Origin: Clostridia bacterium
GTDB taxonomy: Bacteria > Bacillota > Clostridia > Christensenellales > CAG-917
Assembly (NCBI GenBank): GCA_900763875.1
Contig: CAAFLX010000035.1
Location: 14,553 to 78,552 of the forward strand
Direction: 5' to 3'
Length of the DNA: 64,000 nt
Shown here in pieces: positions 63,786 through 64,000 of this stretch (its first letter is position 1; each line of letters opens with the position of its first letter). Made by a program: the position numbers and the translations under genes. The notes below the pieces were generated by a model. The model ran no database searches and was not told where the DNA came from. It saw only the letters and a list, made by a program, of their open reading frames with translations.

Positions 63786-64000
63786 TGAGCGGTCTTGTCA
63801 AAATACTTTTGTATTTTATCGCCTCGGTTGTCTTTTCGCTTGCGCTCGCGCCGCTTGTTTTGAAAATCACGGGCAAACTCAAAGCCAAACAAACGGTGCT
63901 GGGCTATGTCAAACAGCACGAGCATAAGAGCGGAACGCCCACTATGGGCGGATTTATATTCCTTGTTCCGCAGCTCGTGTTTTCCCTTGTGGAATTTCGG
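63785..64000 (+). CDS. mraY: Phospho-N-acetylmuramoyl-pentapeptide transferase MraY, N-terminal fragment (continues past window)
   Basis: ATG 63785 overlaps the murE stop (TAATG). Manual translation MSGLVKILLYFIASVVFSLALAPLVLKITGKLKAKQ...HKSGTPTMGGFIFLV contains the MraY K.GTPTMGG motif. Open to the window end. Confidence 0.85.
   Translation, partial: MSGLVKILLYFIASVVFSLALAPLVLKITGKLKAKQTVLGYVKQHEHKSGTPTMGGFIFLVPQLVFSLVEFR

Noticed and set aside
1-64000. Search for mobile elements, prophage, defence islands, CRISPR or rRNA
   Set aside because: No transposase, integrase, recombinase, phage structural gene, cas gene, restriction-modification gene or toxin-antitoxin signature was recognised in any frame. 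No long inverted terminal repeats were seen. The only integration-like trace is the tRNA-Thr remnant.

Overview
This window looks like a mostly housekeeping chromosomal segment of a Gram-positive, Clostridia-like genome. That placement rests on gene order and roughly 50% GC by eye; no database search was possible.

About 55 genes are tightly packed, and I recognised them from conserved motifs and synteny:
- hslV-hslU-hisS, then trxA and glyA
- an S8 protease cluster, and a class-V aminotransferase/DUF3343 pair
- a nadD-yqeK fusion followed by rsfS
- an FMN riboswitch, then a ribU-tsaE fusion, tsaB and rimI
- murF-ddl, a pdaB-like gene and an alpha-galactosidase
- yggS-sepF-lspA-rluD, an ABC exporter and tRNA-Thr
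- a CIRCE-controlled hrcA-grpE-dnaK-dnaJ-prmA-rsmE-mtaB-hit block
- a 1528-aa secreted protein with two metallophosphoesterase domains
- an ArsR/HMA/P-type ATPase metal module, and tRNA-Glu
- an enoate-reductase-like flavoenzyme, a PAP2 phosphatase and rqcH
- tig-clpP-clpX-engB
- the start of the dcw cluster (mraZ-rsmH-?-pbp-murE-mraY)

I found no transposase, integrase, cas gene, CRISPR array, rRNA or obvious defence system, and no convincing multi-gene novel system.

The points most worth a second look are:
1. An FMN riboswitch heading an in-frame RibU-TsaE fusion operon.
2. An orphan unit of about 230 nt running from a promoter to a terminator with no credible ORF, a candidate sRNA. It lies beside a spacer rich in palindromes and GATATC motifs that is bracketed by a 16-nt direct repeat.
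3. A Cys-rich gene whose natural-looking C-terminus continues in the +1 frame.
4. A MurF-type ligase whose N-terminal domain is replaced by a polytopic membrane domain.
5. A decayed copy of the tRNA-Thr 3' half that has its own terminator.

Start codons were chosen by RBS and frame inspection where the ORF track was extended upstream. All product calls rest on remembered motifs, not on searches.
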